From Chiloscyllium plagiosum (taxonomy: Eukaryota), in the NCBI RefSeq assembly GCF_004010195.1, contig NC_057758.1, positions 657,396 through 721,395 on the forward strand: a stretch of 64,000 bases of DNA. Reading direction: 5' to 3'. Shown here piece after piece: positions 35,289 through 48,135 of the stretch. Every line of letters begins with the position of its first letter. Position 1 is the first letter of the stretch. Made by a program: the position numbers and the translations under genes. The notes under the pieces were generated by a model that saw only the letters and a program-made list of their open reading frames with translations, was not told where the DNA came from and ran no database searches.

Positions 35289-37941
35289 TTCCTATTCCTA
35301 GCCCCTCTAGCACTTCACACAGGGAGTAATCGCAAGATGTCAATCCCAGAGGTCATGCGTTTTTAACTTCCTATCTACTTCCCTAACTTTCCTTTGTAGG
35401 ACTTTGTCTCTTCTAATGGAATGAGTAGAACAGGTAAGGCAGATGACCTGACAGCTTGGATTTGTACATGTTTCTACAAAGTACTAATCCAATGTACACC
35501 GTCACAAAAACTTGGTTGAGAGAAAGGCAAGATTGACACCTTAATATGCCAAAGTTTAGATGCTTCAGGCGAGAGAAGTGTGAGGGATATAGAAAGGTGC
35601 AGTCACTGTAATGGGATTATACTAAAGATCTCCAAATAGCCAGAGGAACACATATGTAAGAAGCTGATGGAAAGATGTAAAAACAACAGAGTTGTTGTAG
35701 AGGGCGATTTAATTTCCCCAATATTGCCTGAGACACCCGTTGTACCAGTGGCTGAGATGGGGCAGCTTTTGTACCAATGCCACGGTACAAATCTTTCAAC
35801 CTTGGCACCAAGGTGGCAACACATCATCCTGGAAGCTTGGAAGCTCCTTTGTGACCACAGCAACGCCTGTCTGTGCTCCTAGCTACACAGTCTCCTGTCA
35901 TGACTGCTCACCGACACATTGACACCCCTCCCACAGTACAGCAGTGCCACTGACCTCCTGCTTTCCCCTGAAAGGTTATTCTGCCCCCACAACACATTGC
36001 AAAACGGTATACCTGTTCGAGAGGGGAATGGCTACAGGGGACTCCCGCACTGCCTGCCCACACTTTCTCATCTTGCTATTGGTCACTCAATTCTTTTCTG
36101 TCATCTGTCCTGATGATGTTACCAGCTCATTAAACATGGTGTCCACACCATTCCCAGCCTCATGGGTGCTCCGTCGTGAGTCCACTCACAACTCCAGGCA
36201 CTCTGCGCAGCACGTCAGGAGCTGTAGCTGGAACACACTTCCTCCCTCACTCCCTCACCTTAGAAACTGGGAGTGTCCCGAATTAATGTACTAGAGGGAC
36301 GGGTTTTCCTGTTATTTTAAACCTCGGCGACTGCATACAATAAACTAGGAACCCACTACACAACCTTTCCCACTTCTCACGAAATTCCTGTCGCTGGTTC
36401 TCTATTCCTAGCAAACTACAAACCATAGGTATAAGTACTTTATGTGCCATCTCCCTCTCTCCCTCCCTCCCTAGGTCCCTCGAGCTGCTTCCGAAGCAGC
36501 CAATCCCTCTGTTATATTTTGAGTTGTAATGGAACCTCCAGAGGTTGGTCTTTGGATTCAGTTTAGCTTTGCTGTGCTTGATCCACAGCTCTGACTGACC
36601 TTGATCCAGGCGCCATTCCTCAGGTATTTATCAGGAACCGCCTGTCACTGTTTATGCCCAGCGATCAGTCTGTAGGCTGGAACTCACTGCCCAGTGCGTG
36701 CTGCTTTATGTATAAACCGCTCAGCGTACAGCCTGTCACACACTCCACAGCAATTTCCTGTTTCATGTGTAATCCCCTCGATCAGAGTACATGTTTTTCT
36801 GTATCTCATCCCTTTGATCAGAGTGTGGGCTGTTATCCACTCCCTGTATATTCTATTTTATACGTAAAACAGTCAGAGTACTGTATCTGACTCACTCCTG
36901 AGTATGTGTTGTGTTGTACCTAAAAACCTTCCCTAGGGTAGGGAGATCAGGTTGTGACTGTCCAGGACCTTGGTTCGGCCACTGTGGGAATGCTGCGTGC
37001 AGTTCTGGTCTCCCTGCTAGAGGAGGGATATTATGAAGTCTGGAAGTATCCAGGAAATATTTGAAAGGATGTTACCAGGGTTCGAGTGTTTGGGTTATAA
37101 GGAGAGACTGTACACACTGGGGTATTTTCCCTGGAGCGTCGGACGGCAGCTGAGCTGGAATGAACAGTCTGTTTCAATGCTGTGTATCTCGGTGATGCTT
37201 TGATTCGATGAGAGTGCCATCTGTAACTTGCCAGCTAGTATACATTGTTTTATACAGAACTCTCTTGCTAAGGGCGGTCTATAGCAGACTTCCCAGCATA
37301 AGTGGTTTTAGATGTAAATTCCTTGATCACAACAGAGTCTAGCTCTTGCCACTCTGTTGTTTATGACATCAATCCGTCAATTAAAGTATTGCTCCGCCTT
37401 CTCTGTTGCCTGAAGGATACATTCTTCAATCGGATTTAAATAAGCAGGAATTGTTCTACCTATTTAATCCCCCGATCAACTTACTGTCTGTATCGCACAG
37501 TCCAGTATATGTTTGAAAAGCAGAAGTTGCTGGAAATCTCAACAAGTCTGGCAGCATCTGTGAAGAGGAAGCAGAGTCGACATTTCGGATCCAGTGACTC
37601 GCCGACAGAACTGGACTCAAAACGTGAAGTCTGTCCTCTTTGCACAGGTGATGCCAGGCCTGTTGAGCTTTTCCAGCAATTCTTATTTTTGTTCCTGTTT
37701 TTCAGTATCTACCTTTCTTTTGCTTTTATATATAACTGCATCCATCAGTGTACAGTATATTATTCTCGCTCGTCTATTTTGTCTTTATGTACAAACCCTT
37801 TGAATAGAGTACTGTTTGCAACTCAATTTCTGGAATGCTTTGTTTTTGATTGCAGTGCAGTGCGTAACTCACTCTCCGGTCTCCTACATGTAAACCCCTC
37901 GATCAGAGTTCAATGTGCAACTCACTCCTAAGTCTGTTGTT
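35289..37941 (+). repeat. Segmental duplicate, copy B (with a ~273-bp deletion in the CR1 3' piece)
   Basis: Matches 29445-32360. The junction ggacgg|cagctgag is at ~37146. Confidence 0.95.
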
Positions 37942-38065
37942 TTATGTATAAACCCCTCGATTAGTGTGCAGTCTGTAATTCTCTTCCCAGTTTGTGATGT
38001 TTTGTATGTAAACCCGTCAATCAGATATCTGTTTGTGAGTCTGTTTTCTCACTGTTCCGACACAG

Positions 38066-38312
38066 ACAGAGTCAATGTACACTCTGATGGAGGCTTACAA
38101 GGGGAGGTTGGTTCCACAACAACATTGAACTGTTCGAGAGCAGCACACCTCAGGACAGTGAGATGGAGAGCAGCGATATGATCAATATCCAGTTATGCTC
38201 CTTCTAATGACATCAAGAAAGAGTGCTCTGCCAATAGAAGTGGGGACGGGGGCGAACATTGTACATATAGACATCTAACCCTCATAATGTCCCAGTTCTG
38301 ATGGTTCCTGCA
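38066..38312 (+). pseudogene. Possible decayed Ig-superfamily V-type domain exon
   Basis: Acceptor ttttctcactgttccgacacag| with phase-1 start. Reads DRVNVHSDGGLQGEVGSTTTLNCSRAAHLRTVRWR (G..vTL.C plus C-strand W), then a stop at 38179. A frameshifted LTL/HNV/SDGSC remnant lies near 38275-38310. Confidence 0.4.
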
Positions 38313-39024
38313 GTCAAATAGCAACCATGCTTTGGCTCCCCGTGTTGCGTTCAGTCAGAATTCTTCTGCTTGTAGTTAATTCCAAAGAGCTTTGATCAAC
38401 ACAACGTATTGTTCATTCATATAGAGGAATGTTGTCTTGGTTTGTACCTGCTGGAAAATGAACCCCTCTACTTTTTAAACTCAAGGTAAAGCTCCTGCTT
38501 CAGTGTCCACTCCCAACGCAGTTACAGCACAAGTTCAGAGACAGGTAAATCTCCCGCTCAACAGTGCGAGACTCGCCGTCTTAAAATCCATTGGATTGGT
38601 CAATATGAGGAAACGTTAGTAATGCTGCAGTCCGTGTCCTAGGTAGACCCCAATGCCATTAGAATGACAATAACTTTCGAGGTCAGGATGGTGTGTGGCG
38701 GGAGGGGAGCTTGTTGAGGTAGTATTCCTATGTATGAGCTACCGTCATTCTTCTAGGTGGAAGTGGGCACGGGTTTGTAGTGTTCCGATTTACAATCAGT
38801 GATCTGATTTTTTTTAGGTGGCTCGATTTGCCCCGAGATCCCTGGTTCTAGACACTGGAATTATAGAATGTGAATTGAAGAAGGCAGTAGGCAGGTGTTT
38901 CTCGGCAAAAGAATCTGAGCGTTTATTTAGATAACTACAAAAACTATCACAAGAAATCCAGTAAAACACTAAACAGTGAAATTAGCATGAACAGTTATAC
39001 AGACGATAGAAATTAAATTTTCTG

Positions 39025-42000
39025 TTTTTCAGCGGCAGCAGCAACTCAAAGGGCGGGAGCTTGGATCAGGGGCCTGCCGGAAGCGTTGAGTCACTGATTT
39101 GAACCTTTAAAAACTTACGTCAGCGGCTGCAGCAACTCGACGGGCGGGAGCGGTGAGTCATTGATTTGAGCTTTTTTATTTGAAGTCAGAGAGCAGAGGT
39201 TTCTGGGAAAGGAGGGACTTCTTATTTTTATTTCCGTCCAGCTATATAAGTCAGTGTTTTCTCAACCAGAGACCCTCCCACCCAATCACCACCTCCAACC
39301 TCAAAGACCAGTGGCATATCAGGTAAGCGTCTCTTCTTTTCTTTCTAATTTTGAGATCAGGGGACTAGCAAGGATAGCAGTACAGGGAGAGCAATGTTCC
39401 TCCTGCATGACGTTTGAGGTGAGGGACGCCAATAGTGTCCCGTCCAAGTACACCTGCAGGAAGCGCACCCAACTCTAGCTCCTCCAAGACCGTGTTTCGG
39501 AACTGGAGCGGGAGCTAGATGAACTTCAGATCATTCGAGAGGCAGAGGCTGTGAGGAGGGTTTCAGGTACTTGGATAATTGGGACTCATTCTGGGGAAGG
39601 TTGGACCTGTAATAACAGGACGGTTTTCACTTGAACCAGAAGTGTACTAATATCCTGAGTAGGAAATTTCTTGGTGCTATTCGGTTGGGTTGAAACTAGC
39701 TCAGCAGGGGCATGGGAACCTGAGGTGTAGTTGCAGTGCACAGGAGGATGAGAGTAGGGAGGACGGACAGGATGTCAGGGTCACAGGAATGTGCTGGCAG
39801 ACAGCAAACTGGTTTGTAGTGTGTCTACTTCAACGCCAGAAGTATCCGAAATAATGTAGGTGAGCTTGCAGCATGGATAGGTACTTGGGAATTCGATGTT
39901 GTGGCCATTTCGGAGACAGGGATAGAGCAGAGTGAGGAATAGCTATTGCATTTTCCAGGGTTTAGATCTTTCATTAAGAACAGGCGAGGTGGTAAAAGAG
40001 GGCGAGGCGTGGCCTTGTTAGTCAAGCTGGCTTAGATAACTTTTGATGAGGACTCGTCTACTGAGGTGGTGTGGGCTGAGGTTAGAAACAGGAGAGGAGA
40101 GGTCACACTGCTTGGATTTTTTTATAGCCCTTCACAGAGTTCCAGGGAGGTGGAAGAGAGTATTGCCAAAACTATCCTGGGTAGGAGCGAAAGGAACAGG
40201 GTGGTCATTATGGGGGACTTTAACTTCTCCAACATTGACTGGGAAGGCTATAACTCTAGTATGTCGGATAGATCAGTTTTTGTCCCATGTGTACAGGAGG
40301 ATTTCCTGACACAGTATATCGAAGGGCCGACAAGAGGGGAGGCTACACTGGATCTGGTGCTTGGTAATGAACCTGGCTAGGCGTTTGATTTCGTTGTAGG
40401 TTAGCACTTTAGAGACAGTGACTATAATTAATTTATGTTTAGTTTAGGGATGGAAAGGGATAGGTACATGCCACAAGTCAAGATTTGTCGATGGGCAAGG
40501 GCAATTATGCGATTAGGCAAGAATTAGGATGCATGGAATGGATTAGCGAAATTCAGGGGATGCAGACAATGGAAATGTGGAGCTGGTTTAAGGAACAGAT
40601 ATTGCGTATCCTTGTTAGGTATGTTCCTGTCAGACAGGGAAGAAGCAATAAGGTAAGGGAACCGGAGATAACTGCAGAAATCTCTTGTTGAGCAGAAGAA
40701 GGAGGCTTATGTGTTGGAGGTGATGGAGAGTCACAGATCAGCTCGTAAGGATTTAAAGAGAAAGTTAAGAGCCAATAGAGGACTCGAGCAGACTTTAGCA
40801 AATAGAATAAAGGAGATCCATAAAGCTTTCTATAGGTATGCGAGGAATAAAAGGATGATTAGTGTAGGAATTGGGCCAGTCAAAGACAGAAGTGAGAAGT
40901 TGAGTGTGGACCCTGTGGAGATTGGCGAGGTGCCAAACAAACATTTCTCATCGGTTTTCACTCAGGAAAAGGAGAATATTGTAGAGGAGAAGAATGAGGT
41001 ACGAAATATTAGACGAGAAAGGATCAAGGTTAATTACGAACAGGTGTTATTAATTCTGGAAGAAGTGAAAGTAGACAAGTCCCCTGGGGCGGATGGGATT
41101 TATCTGAGGATTCTCTGCGAAGCTAGGGAGGAGATAACAGATCCTTTTGCTTTGATATTTGAGTCGGCATTGTCAACAGATTGAGTACCAGAGGACTGGA
41201 GGATTTCAAATATTGTGCACTTGTTCAAGAAGGGCAGTAGAGATGACCCGGTAATTCTAGACCAGTGAGCCTACTTCTGTTGTGGGAAAGGGTTTGGAAA
41301 GGATTATAAGAGATAAGATTTACAATTATCTAGCGAGCAACAATTTGATTTTAGGTGGTCAACATGGTTTCGTCAAGGGCAGATCGTGTCTCACAAACCT
41401 CATTGTGTTTTTTGGGAAGGTGACCAAGCATGTAGATGAGGGTAGGGCAGTTGACGTGATATACATGGACTTCAGTAAAGCCTTTGATAAGGTTTCACGT
41501 GGTAGGCTGTTGGAGAAAATGCAGAGGCATGGAATTGAGGGTGATTTAGCAGATTGGATTAGAAACTGGCTTTCTGAAAGAAGGCAAGCGAGTAATGTTT
41601 GATGGAAAATATTCAGCCTAGAATCTGGTTATTAGTGATGTGCCACACTGATCTGTTTTGGGGCCATTGCTGTTTGTCATTTTAATAAATGACTAAGATG
41701 CAGGCACAGGTGGATGAATTAGTAAATTTGTAGACGACACTAAAGTCGGTGGAATGGTGGACAGTTTGGAAGAATGTTACAAGTCGTAGAGGGACTTGGA
41801 TAAACTGCAGAATTGGGCTGAGAGATGACAAATAGAGTTGAATGAAGCTAACTGTGAGGTGATGCACTTTGGGAAGCATAACATGAAAGCAAAGTACTAG
41901 GTCAATGGAAAGATTCTTGGTAGTGTGGATGTGGAGAGGGATCTTAGAGTGCATGTACATAGATCCCTGAAAGTTGCCACCCTGGTGGATAGGGCTGTTA

Positions 42001-42627
42001 AGAAGGCATATGGTGTGTTAGGTTTCATTCGTAGAGGGATTGAGTTCCGGAGTCACAATATCATGCTGCAGCTATACAAAACACTAGTGCGGTCACACTT
42101 GGAATATTGTGTTTGGTTTTGGTAGCCATATTTCGGGATAGATGTGGAAGCATTAGAAAAGGTGCAGAGGAGATTTACCAGGACGTTGCCTGGTCTGGAA
42201 GGAAGGTCTAATGAGGAAAGGCAGAGAGACGTGGGTCTGTTCTCATTGGAAAGAAGAAGGCTAAGAGGGGATTTGATAGAGACCTACAAGATGATCAGAG
42301 GATTAGATTGGGTAGATTGTGAAAGTCTTTCTTTCCGAGGATGATGACGTCTGCTTATATGAGGGGGCATAACTGCAAATTGAGGGGTGATAGATTTAAG
42401 ACTGATGTGAGAGGCAGGTTCTTTATGCAAAGAGTGGTAAGGTCGCGGAATGCCCTACCTGCTAATGTAGTGAACTAAACTACATTAGGGAGATTTAAGC
42501 AATCCTTAGAAAAGCATATGGATGATGATGCGAAAGTGTAGGGGCGGGAGCTGAGAATAGTTCCAGGGCAGCGCAACATCGAGGGCCAAAGGGCCTGTTC
42601 TGCGCTATATTGTTCTATGCTCTATGT
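39025..42627 (+). mobile_element. Near full-length but inactivated CR1 LINE (5'UTR, internally deleted ORF1, ORF2 EN+RT, tail)
   Basis: ORF1 QCSSCMTFEV...YTCRK. EN motifs VYFNARSI and GDFNF. RT motifs DFSKAFDKV and RGDLIETYKMIRG. Tail gttctatgctctatg. Many stops and frameshifts. Confidence 0.93.
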
Positions 42628-43017
42628 TGTACATGCATTTTCAAGTTAAACACAGACTAAAATCTATCAGTTAAGCAGTAGGTTTTAACCATGATGCTAT
42701 CACCAGTCTTCTTACCCTTGGGATCCCATGCACTGTTACCACCCGCCTTCCCCTCCCTGCAAGCTCGGTCAGAAACTTTGGGCTCTAGTGAGTTTAATCT
42801 CACCACTGAGGAAAATGCGATTTTGAAGTTCAACTGGTATTTGGTTGAGGTCTGCAATTATTCTAATTGTGGGCCCCTAATCTTGGCGCCAAATCTGTGC
42901 TTGCCCTGTAGTCTGGTATTCCCTTTGATATCGATTGGTTTCCTGATAGTTAAGAATATGTGTGTGAATGTATTTCGATTGAAGTTGAATGCCACGGATC
43001 TCTGAATGGGTTTTGAA

Positions 43018-43275
43018 TGAACAAAGAACAAAAAAACAAAGAAAATTTACAGCACAAGAACAGACGCTTCGGCCCTCCAAGACTGAGCCGATCCAAATCC
43101 ACTGTCTAAACCTATCACCCAATTCCTAAGCATCTGTACCTCTCGCTCCCCACCTACTCGTGCATCTGCCCAAACACACCTTAAATGAATCTGCCGTGCC
43201 TGCCGTTACTACCGCCGATGCTGGCAGCGCGTTCCAGGCACCTACCACCCTCTGTGTAAAGTACTTGCCGTGTAC
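43018..43275 (-). mobile_element. CR1 3' tail fragment
   Basis: (gaacaaa)n tail and GKYFTQRVVGAWNALPA. Confidence 0.88.
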
Positions 43276-43298
43276 ATAATTCAGTGAAGTTGAATGTT

Positions 43299-43552
43299 GT
43301 GGTTCTGTTCGCCGAGCTGGGAATTTGTGTTGCAGACGTTTTGTCCCCTGTCTAGGTGACATCCTCAGTGCTTGGGAGCCTCCTTTGAAGCGCTTCTGTG
43401 TTGTTTCCTCCGGCGTTTATAGTGGTTTGTCTCTGCCGCTTCCGGTTGTCAGTTCCAAATGCCGGGGACGAAACGTCTGCAACACAAATTTCCAGTTCGA
43501 CGAACAGAACCACAACAACGAGCACCCGAGGTACAAATCTTCTCACAAATAT
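43299..43552. mobile_element. Penelope-derived inverted-repeat mini-element with 14-bp TSD
   Basis: Direct repeat tgaagttgaatgtt at 43285-43298 and 43553-43566. Inverted arms of ~54 bp at 43295-43348 and 43464-43517. Confidence 0.88.
43332..43371 (-). ncRNA. Minimal type I hammerhead ribozyme motif (Penelope-associated), G12 mutated
   Basis: Reads GCA CUGAGGA U GUCACC UAGACA GGGGAC AAAAC GUC UGC. Stem I is GCA/UGC. The opposite arm keeps the intact GGGGAC GAAAC GUC UGC at 43464-43480. Confidence 0.72.
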
Positions 43553-43629
43553 TGAAGTTGAATGTTCCGTACCTATGTTACATATTCTGTGTGCTGCTGA
43601 GCCCGCGGTGTAAAGTTCAATTTAGGTCT

Positions 43630-44710
43630 GGAGTGTTAAGTTTGTTTAATCGTTCCCCCAGAATGGATGTGTGAATTAGAATTCCAGGCCGCACAATGGT
43701 TTCTGGCAGCCATCTCTGTACTTGTATATTTTTCCCAGCTCTCAGCCCGGCTGTCCCCTTTACTTTTAAAGGTTTAGAAATGTTCAGGGTTTTGTCTAGA
43801 ATTTTAGGTGATGGTGATTTTTGCTCAATCCAACATATTTCCTCTTTAATACTCAATGCCCTGGAGTATCACCTTGGGTGAACAAAAATCGGCGAGACCT
43901 TAACGCCAACTCCCCAAATTACCAAACGTCAGCACATCTCGTGGATTGTCTCCTGAAAGGGAAAAACAAGGCAGGATTAGGGCAATTCGAAACATACAGG
44001 TATACAGTGCACAGCGTACAGGCACAACACGAGATTCAAACAGTTCCGACCCTTCCAATACAGACCCTGTGCACCCATCTACCTGCTACCAGACCAAGCC
44101 TGTTCTCAGTGTTTCGGTTACTGTTTGAACGTCCACCTGCTGTCACACCCCGCGTCACAGACGACCGAGCGATCCTGACTGTCCTGTCATTTGCTCCTGC
44201 CTCACCCCTTTGCTCTTCCCTGTCTGCTTGGGCCACAGCCAGTCTTATTAGGCAAAACAATTCCCTGACCTGGGACAGAGAAAGGCTGAGTTTCTGGAAC
44301 AGTTCCTGGCAGGGACCGTGCTGTCACTTCTGTTACCCTTCGCTGCAGGCTACATTGTGTGCTTCCTGAATGTCCCTTTGCATCTTTTCTTGCATTTAGC
44401 TTGTTTCTCCAGATGGTTTATCTTCTCCTACAATGGCATGTTCAATGTCCTTGGCGTTTGTGACTTGACACTGCAGATATTCGAGATGTTTTCTGTACCT
44501 TTCCTCTTTTTACCACCCCTCTTGTCTCTCTCTTGCTGCAGGTTTGAGTAAAGCATTTCTCCTGCGCTGGTCTCATGCTGGAGCTCTCTTCTGACTCCCT
44601 TAACTGTGCCTTAGGTTCCTTGGCTTTCTTGTCCAGGATCCACAGCCATCCCTGAATGCAGGGGAGCCAGATTATGCTCCTTCTATTTGCTGTCACTCTA
44701 CTGGGTTGCT
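43630..44710 (-). mobile_element. Possible decayed LTR-element gag-like region
   Basis: Broken charged, coiled-coil-like frames (SIIWL...KEPKAQLRESEE...AQEKCF). Not CR1-like, and no diagnostic motif seen. Confidence 0.3.
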
Positions 44711-44714
44711 TGAA

Positions 44715-46132
44715 TGTTCAGCTTGCAAGAGATCTCGCAACTATTTTTGCTTGTGTCTTTACGAAAGAAACGAACTTTGTAGTGAATAAAACCTTTGAAG
44801 AGCAGGTGTACATGCTGGAATAGGTAGAGATAGAGGAAGCTGATGTGCTGAAAGATTTGTCAAACATTAAGATTGACAAGTCGCCAGGCTCGGACCAGAT
44901 TTGTCCTCGGCTGCTTTGGGAAACGAGAAATGCAATTGCTTCGCCACTTGCGAAGATCTTTGCATCCTCTCTCTCCACTACAGTCGTACTTGAAGACTGG
45001 AGCGAGGCAAATGTAATTCTTCTTCAAGAAAGGAAATAGGGAAATCCCCGGCAATTACAGACCAGTAAATTTCACGTCTGTCGTCTGCAAGGTGTTAGAA
45101 AGGACCATCTGGAAGAGATTGATTAAATATCTGGAAAAGCATGGCTTGATTAAATACAGTCAGCACGGCTTTGTGAGGGGCAGGTCACGCCTCACAAACC
45201 TTATTGAGTTCTTTGAGGATGTGACTAGAAAAGTTGATGAGGGTCGAGCTGTGGATGTGGTGTATATGGACTTCAGCAAGGCATTTGATAAGGTTCCCCA
45301 TGGTAGGCTCATTCAGAAGGTCAGGAGGAATGGGATACAGGGGAACTTAGCTGCCTGGATGCAGAATTGGCTGGCCAACAGAAGACAGCGAGTGGTAGTA
45401 GAAGGAAAATATTCTGCCTAGAAGTCTGTGGTGAGTGGTGTTCCTTGGGCCTCAACTGTTTGTAATTTTTATTAATGACTTGGATGAGGGGATTGAAGGA
45501 GGGGTCAGCAAGTTTGCAGACNNNNNNNNNNNNNNNNNNNNNNNNNNNNNNNNNNNNNNNNNNNNNNNNNNNNNNNNNNNNNNNNNNNNNNNNNNNNNNN
45601 NNNNNNNNNNNNNNNNNNNNNNNNNNNNNNNNNNNNNNNNNNNNNNNNNNNNNNNNNNNNNNNNNNNNNNNNNNNNNNNNNNNNNNNNNNNNNNNNNNNN
45701 NNNNNNNNNNNNNNNNNNNNNNNNNNNNNNNNNNNNNNNNNNNNNNNNNNNNNNNNNNNNNNNNNNNNNNNNNNNNNNNNNNNNNNNNNNNNNNNNNNNN
45801 NNNNNNNNNNNNNNNNNNNNNNNNNGATAGCCAGAGATTATTTCCCAGGGCAGAAATGACTAACACGAGGGGTCATAGTTTTAAGCTGGTTGGAGGAAAG
45901 TATAGAGGGGATGTCAGAGACAGGTTCTTTACACAGAGAGTTGTGAGAGCATGGAATGGGTTGCCAGCAGCAGTTGTGGAAGCAAGGTCATTGGGGACAT
46001 TTAAGAGACTACTGGACATGCATATGGTCACAGAAATTTGAGGCTGCATACATAAGGATCAATGGTCGGCACAACTTCGTGGGCTGAAGGGCCTGTTCTG
46101 TGCTGTACTGTTCTGTGTTCTATGTTCTATGT
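44715..46132 (+). mobile_element. CR1 RT-to-tail fragment (with N gap)
   Basis: SQHGFVRGRS.LTNLIEFFEDVT...[17 protein letters not shown] and TRGHSFKL. Tail gttctatgttctatg. Confidence 0.93.
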
Positions 46133-46139
46133 TTTTGAG

Positions 46140-48135
46140 TCTCTGATCAAGAATAAGAAGGATATATATATATATTGTATTTACACAATTAAGAACAAGA
46201 GAATGTTTTGAAGTGTCAAGGGTGTTATAGGTGTTCTTATCTGGAAAATCGGGAGATTTGCGAGCCTTGGGAGGTAAAGTAAATCATAATTCAAAGAGAT
46301 TGTAGAAGTAAGAAGAACAAAAGACCAACAAGCGACCGAATAGTACCTTTTAAAGGTCAACCAAGGAACCACCAGAGTTGGAGAGATACTAAATGAATAT
46401 TTCCCGTCAGTTTTTACTGTGGAGTAGGAAAAAGACTTGGGGACGTTGGGGAAAATAAATATTGATGTTTTGAAAACAGTCCACATTATGTAAGAGGGAT
46501 TGCTGGAGGTCTGAAGACACTTGATCACGTGTATCCCAGGATGTTGCAGGAAGTTAGGGATGAAATTGTGGAGCACCTAGCAGCAATATATGTCTTATTT
46601 CCAGCACCAGTGAGGTGTAAGAAGATTGGAGCAGCGTTGTTGGGGTAGGAGTGCGGGTGCAAATGTTGTTCCTTTCTCGAAGAAATGCTGTCACCAAAAG
46701 CCTGAGAACGAAAGACCTGAGTGTGACATCGGGTGGATAACGTGTTGGAGGGGATTCTGAGAGGTCGTATTCACGTCCATTTGCAGAATCAAAGACTGGT
46801 TAAGGATAGCCTGCAGGGTTTTTATATGGGAAACCTCGCTTGTCAAACTTGACAGCTTTTTTTTGAGAACGTAACCAAAATGATTGATGAGGGCAGAGCA
46901 GTAGGTATTTGCCTACTTGGACCTCAGTAAATCATTTGACAGGGTTCTGTAGGGTAGACTAATTAATACAGTTAGATTGCATGGGATTAAGTGAGAACTG
47001 GCCAATTGTATAAAAATTGTGTTGATCGTCGGAGACAGAGAGAGAGGTGGTGGATGATTTTGTTTTGGACTGGAGGCCTGTGACCTCAACAGTGTTCTGC
47101 AATGATCGATGATCTGTCCAATTTTGTTTGGCATTTATATACAATGGGATTTTGATAAATTGAGTCAGCAGGCTGTGTAACAGTCACAGAGATGTACCGA
47201 ACAGAAACAGACCTTCGGTCCAACTGGTTCATGCCGACCAGATATCCTAACCTAATCCTGTCCAATTTTCCAGCACTTGGCCCATATCCCTCTAAACTCT
47301 TCCTATTCATATACCCATCCAGATGCCTTTTAAATGCTGTAATTGCGCCCACCTCTACCTCGGTGGGCCTATTATGTGCACGCACCAGCCTCTGTGTGAA
47401 AAGTTGCCCCCGAAGTCTTAACTGAGTTTTATTCATCAGTAACTGTGTATTTAAAAGATGTACTGAACTTTCCAATTCTTGGAGTAAACTAACACCTTCA
47501 CTTCCATTGGAGCATACGCCAAATCTGTCCCACCAAAAAATACACACATTGTACACAAGCCCTGCTTTCCAGGAATAGGCCCACAGTCCTAAATGTTATA
47601 ATATCTTAAGCGCTTGTCAATGTACTTTCCAAAACGATTGTGAGGTTACCTGCCTCAACTACCCTGCCAGGCACTGCATCTTAGACACCCACCACCCTCT
47701 ATGTGAAAACAGTTTTCTTCCAATCCCCTCTAAATATGCTACCTTTCACCTTAAAAAAATTGTCCTTTTGTTAATGACCTTTCAACTAAGATCAGCTGCT
47801 TTCTACCCACCCTGCGCGATGCTAAATCCTTGGCAATATCATGGTGAATGCCTTCACCCCTTCCTGTTCAAATGCATCCTTCCGATACTACAGTTTACAG
47901 ATCTGCACACAGTACTCCTGCTATGGTCTGCCCAAAGTCTTGTGTAGCTCCATCATAATCTCCTGACTCTTTTTTTACGTATGCCGTGACTGATAAAGGC
48001 ATGTGTCCCATATGGCTTAACAATCCCATTAACTTGTCCTGCCTCCAACAGGATTCTGTGTACAAAAGCCCCCAAGACATATCTTCCTTCAAGAGAGAGT
48101 TTCTAGGTGACCTGCCATTCACTGTGCACTTCCCT
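46140..48135. mobile_element. Cluster of old CR1 fragments (+ 46140-47170; - 47180-47410; - 47540-48135)
   Basis: Degenerate ILNEYF.SVFT, YLDLSKSFD and FTQRLV motifs, plus tail-like sequences. Confidence 0.75.

Noticed and set aside
39790..42530. Functional reverse transcriptase gene or novel RT system
   Set aside because: It is an ordinary CR1 ORF2 with many stops and frameshifts. No RT in the window is intact.
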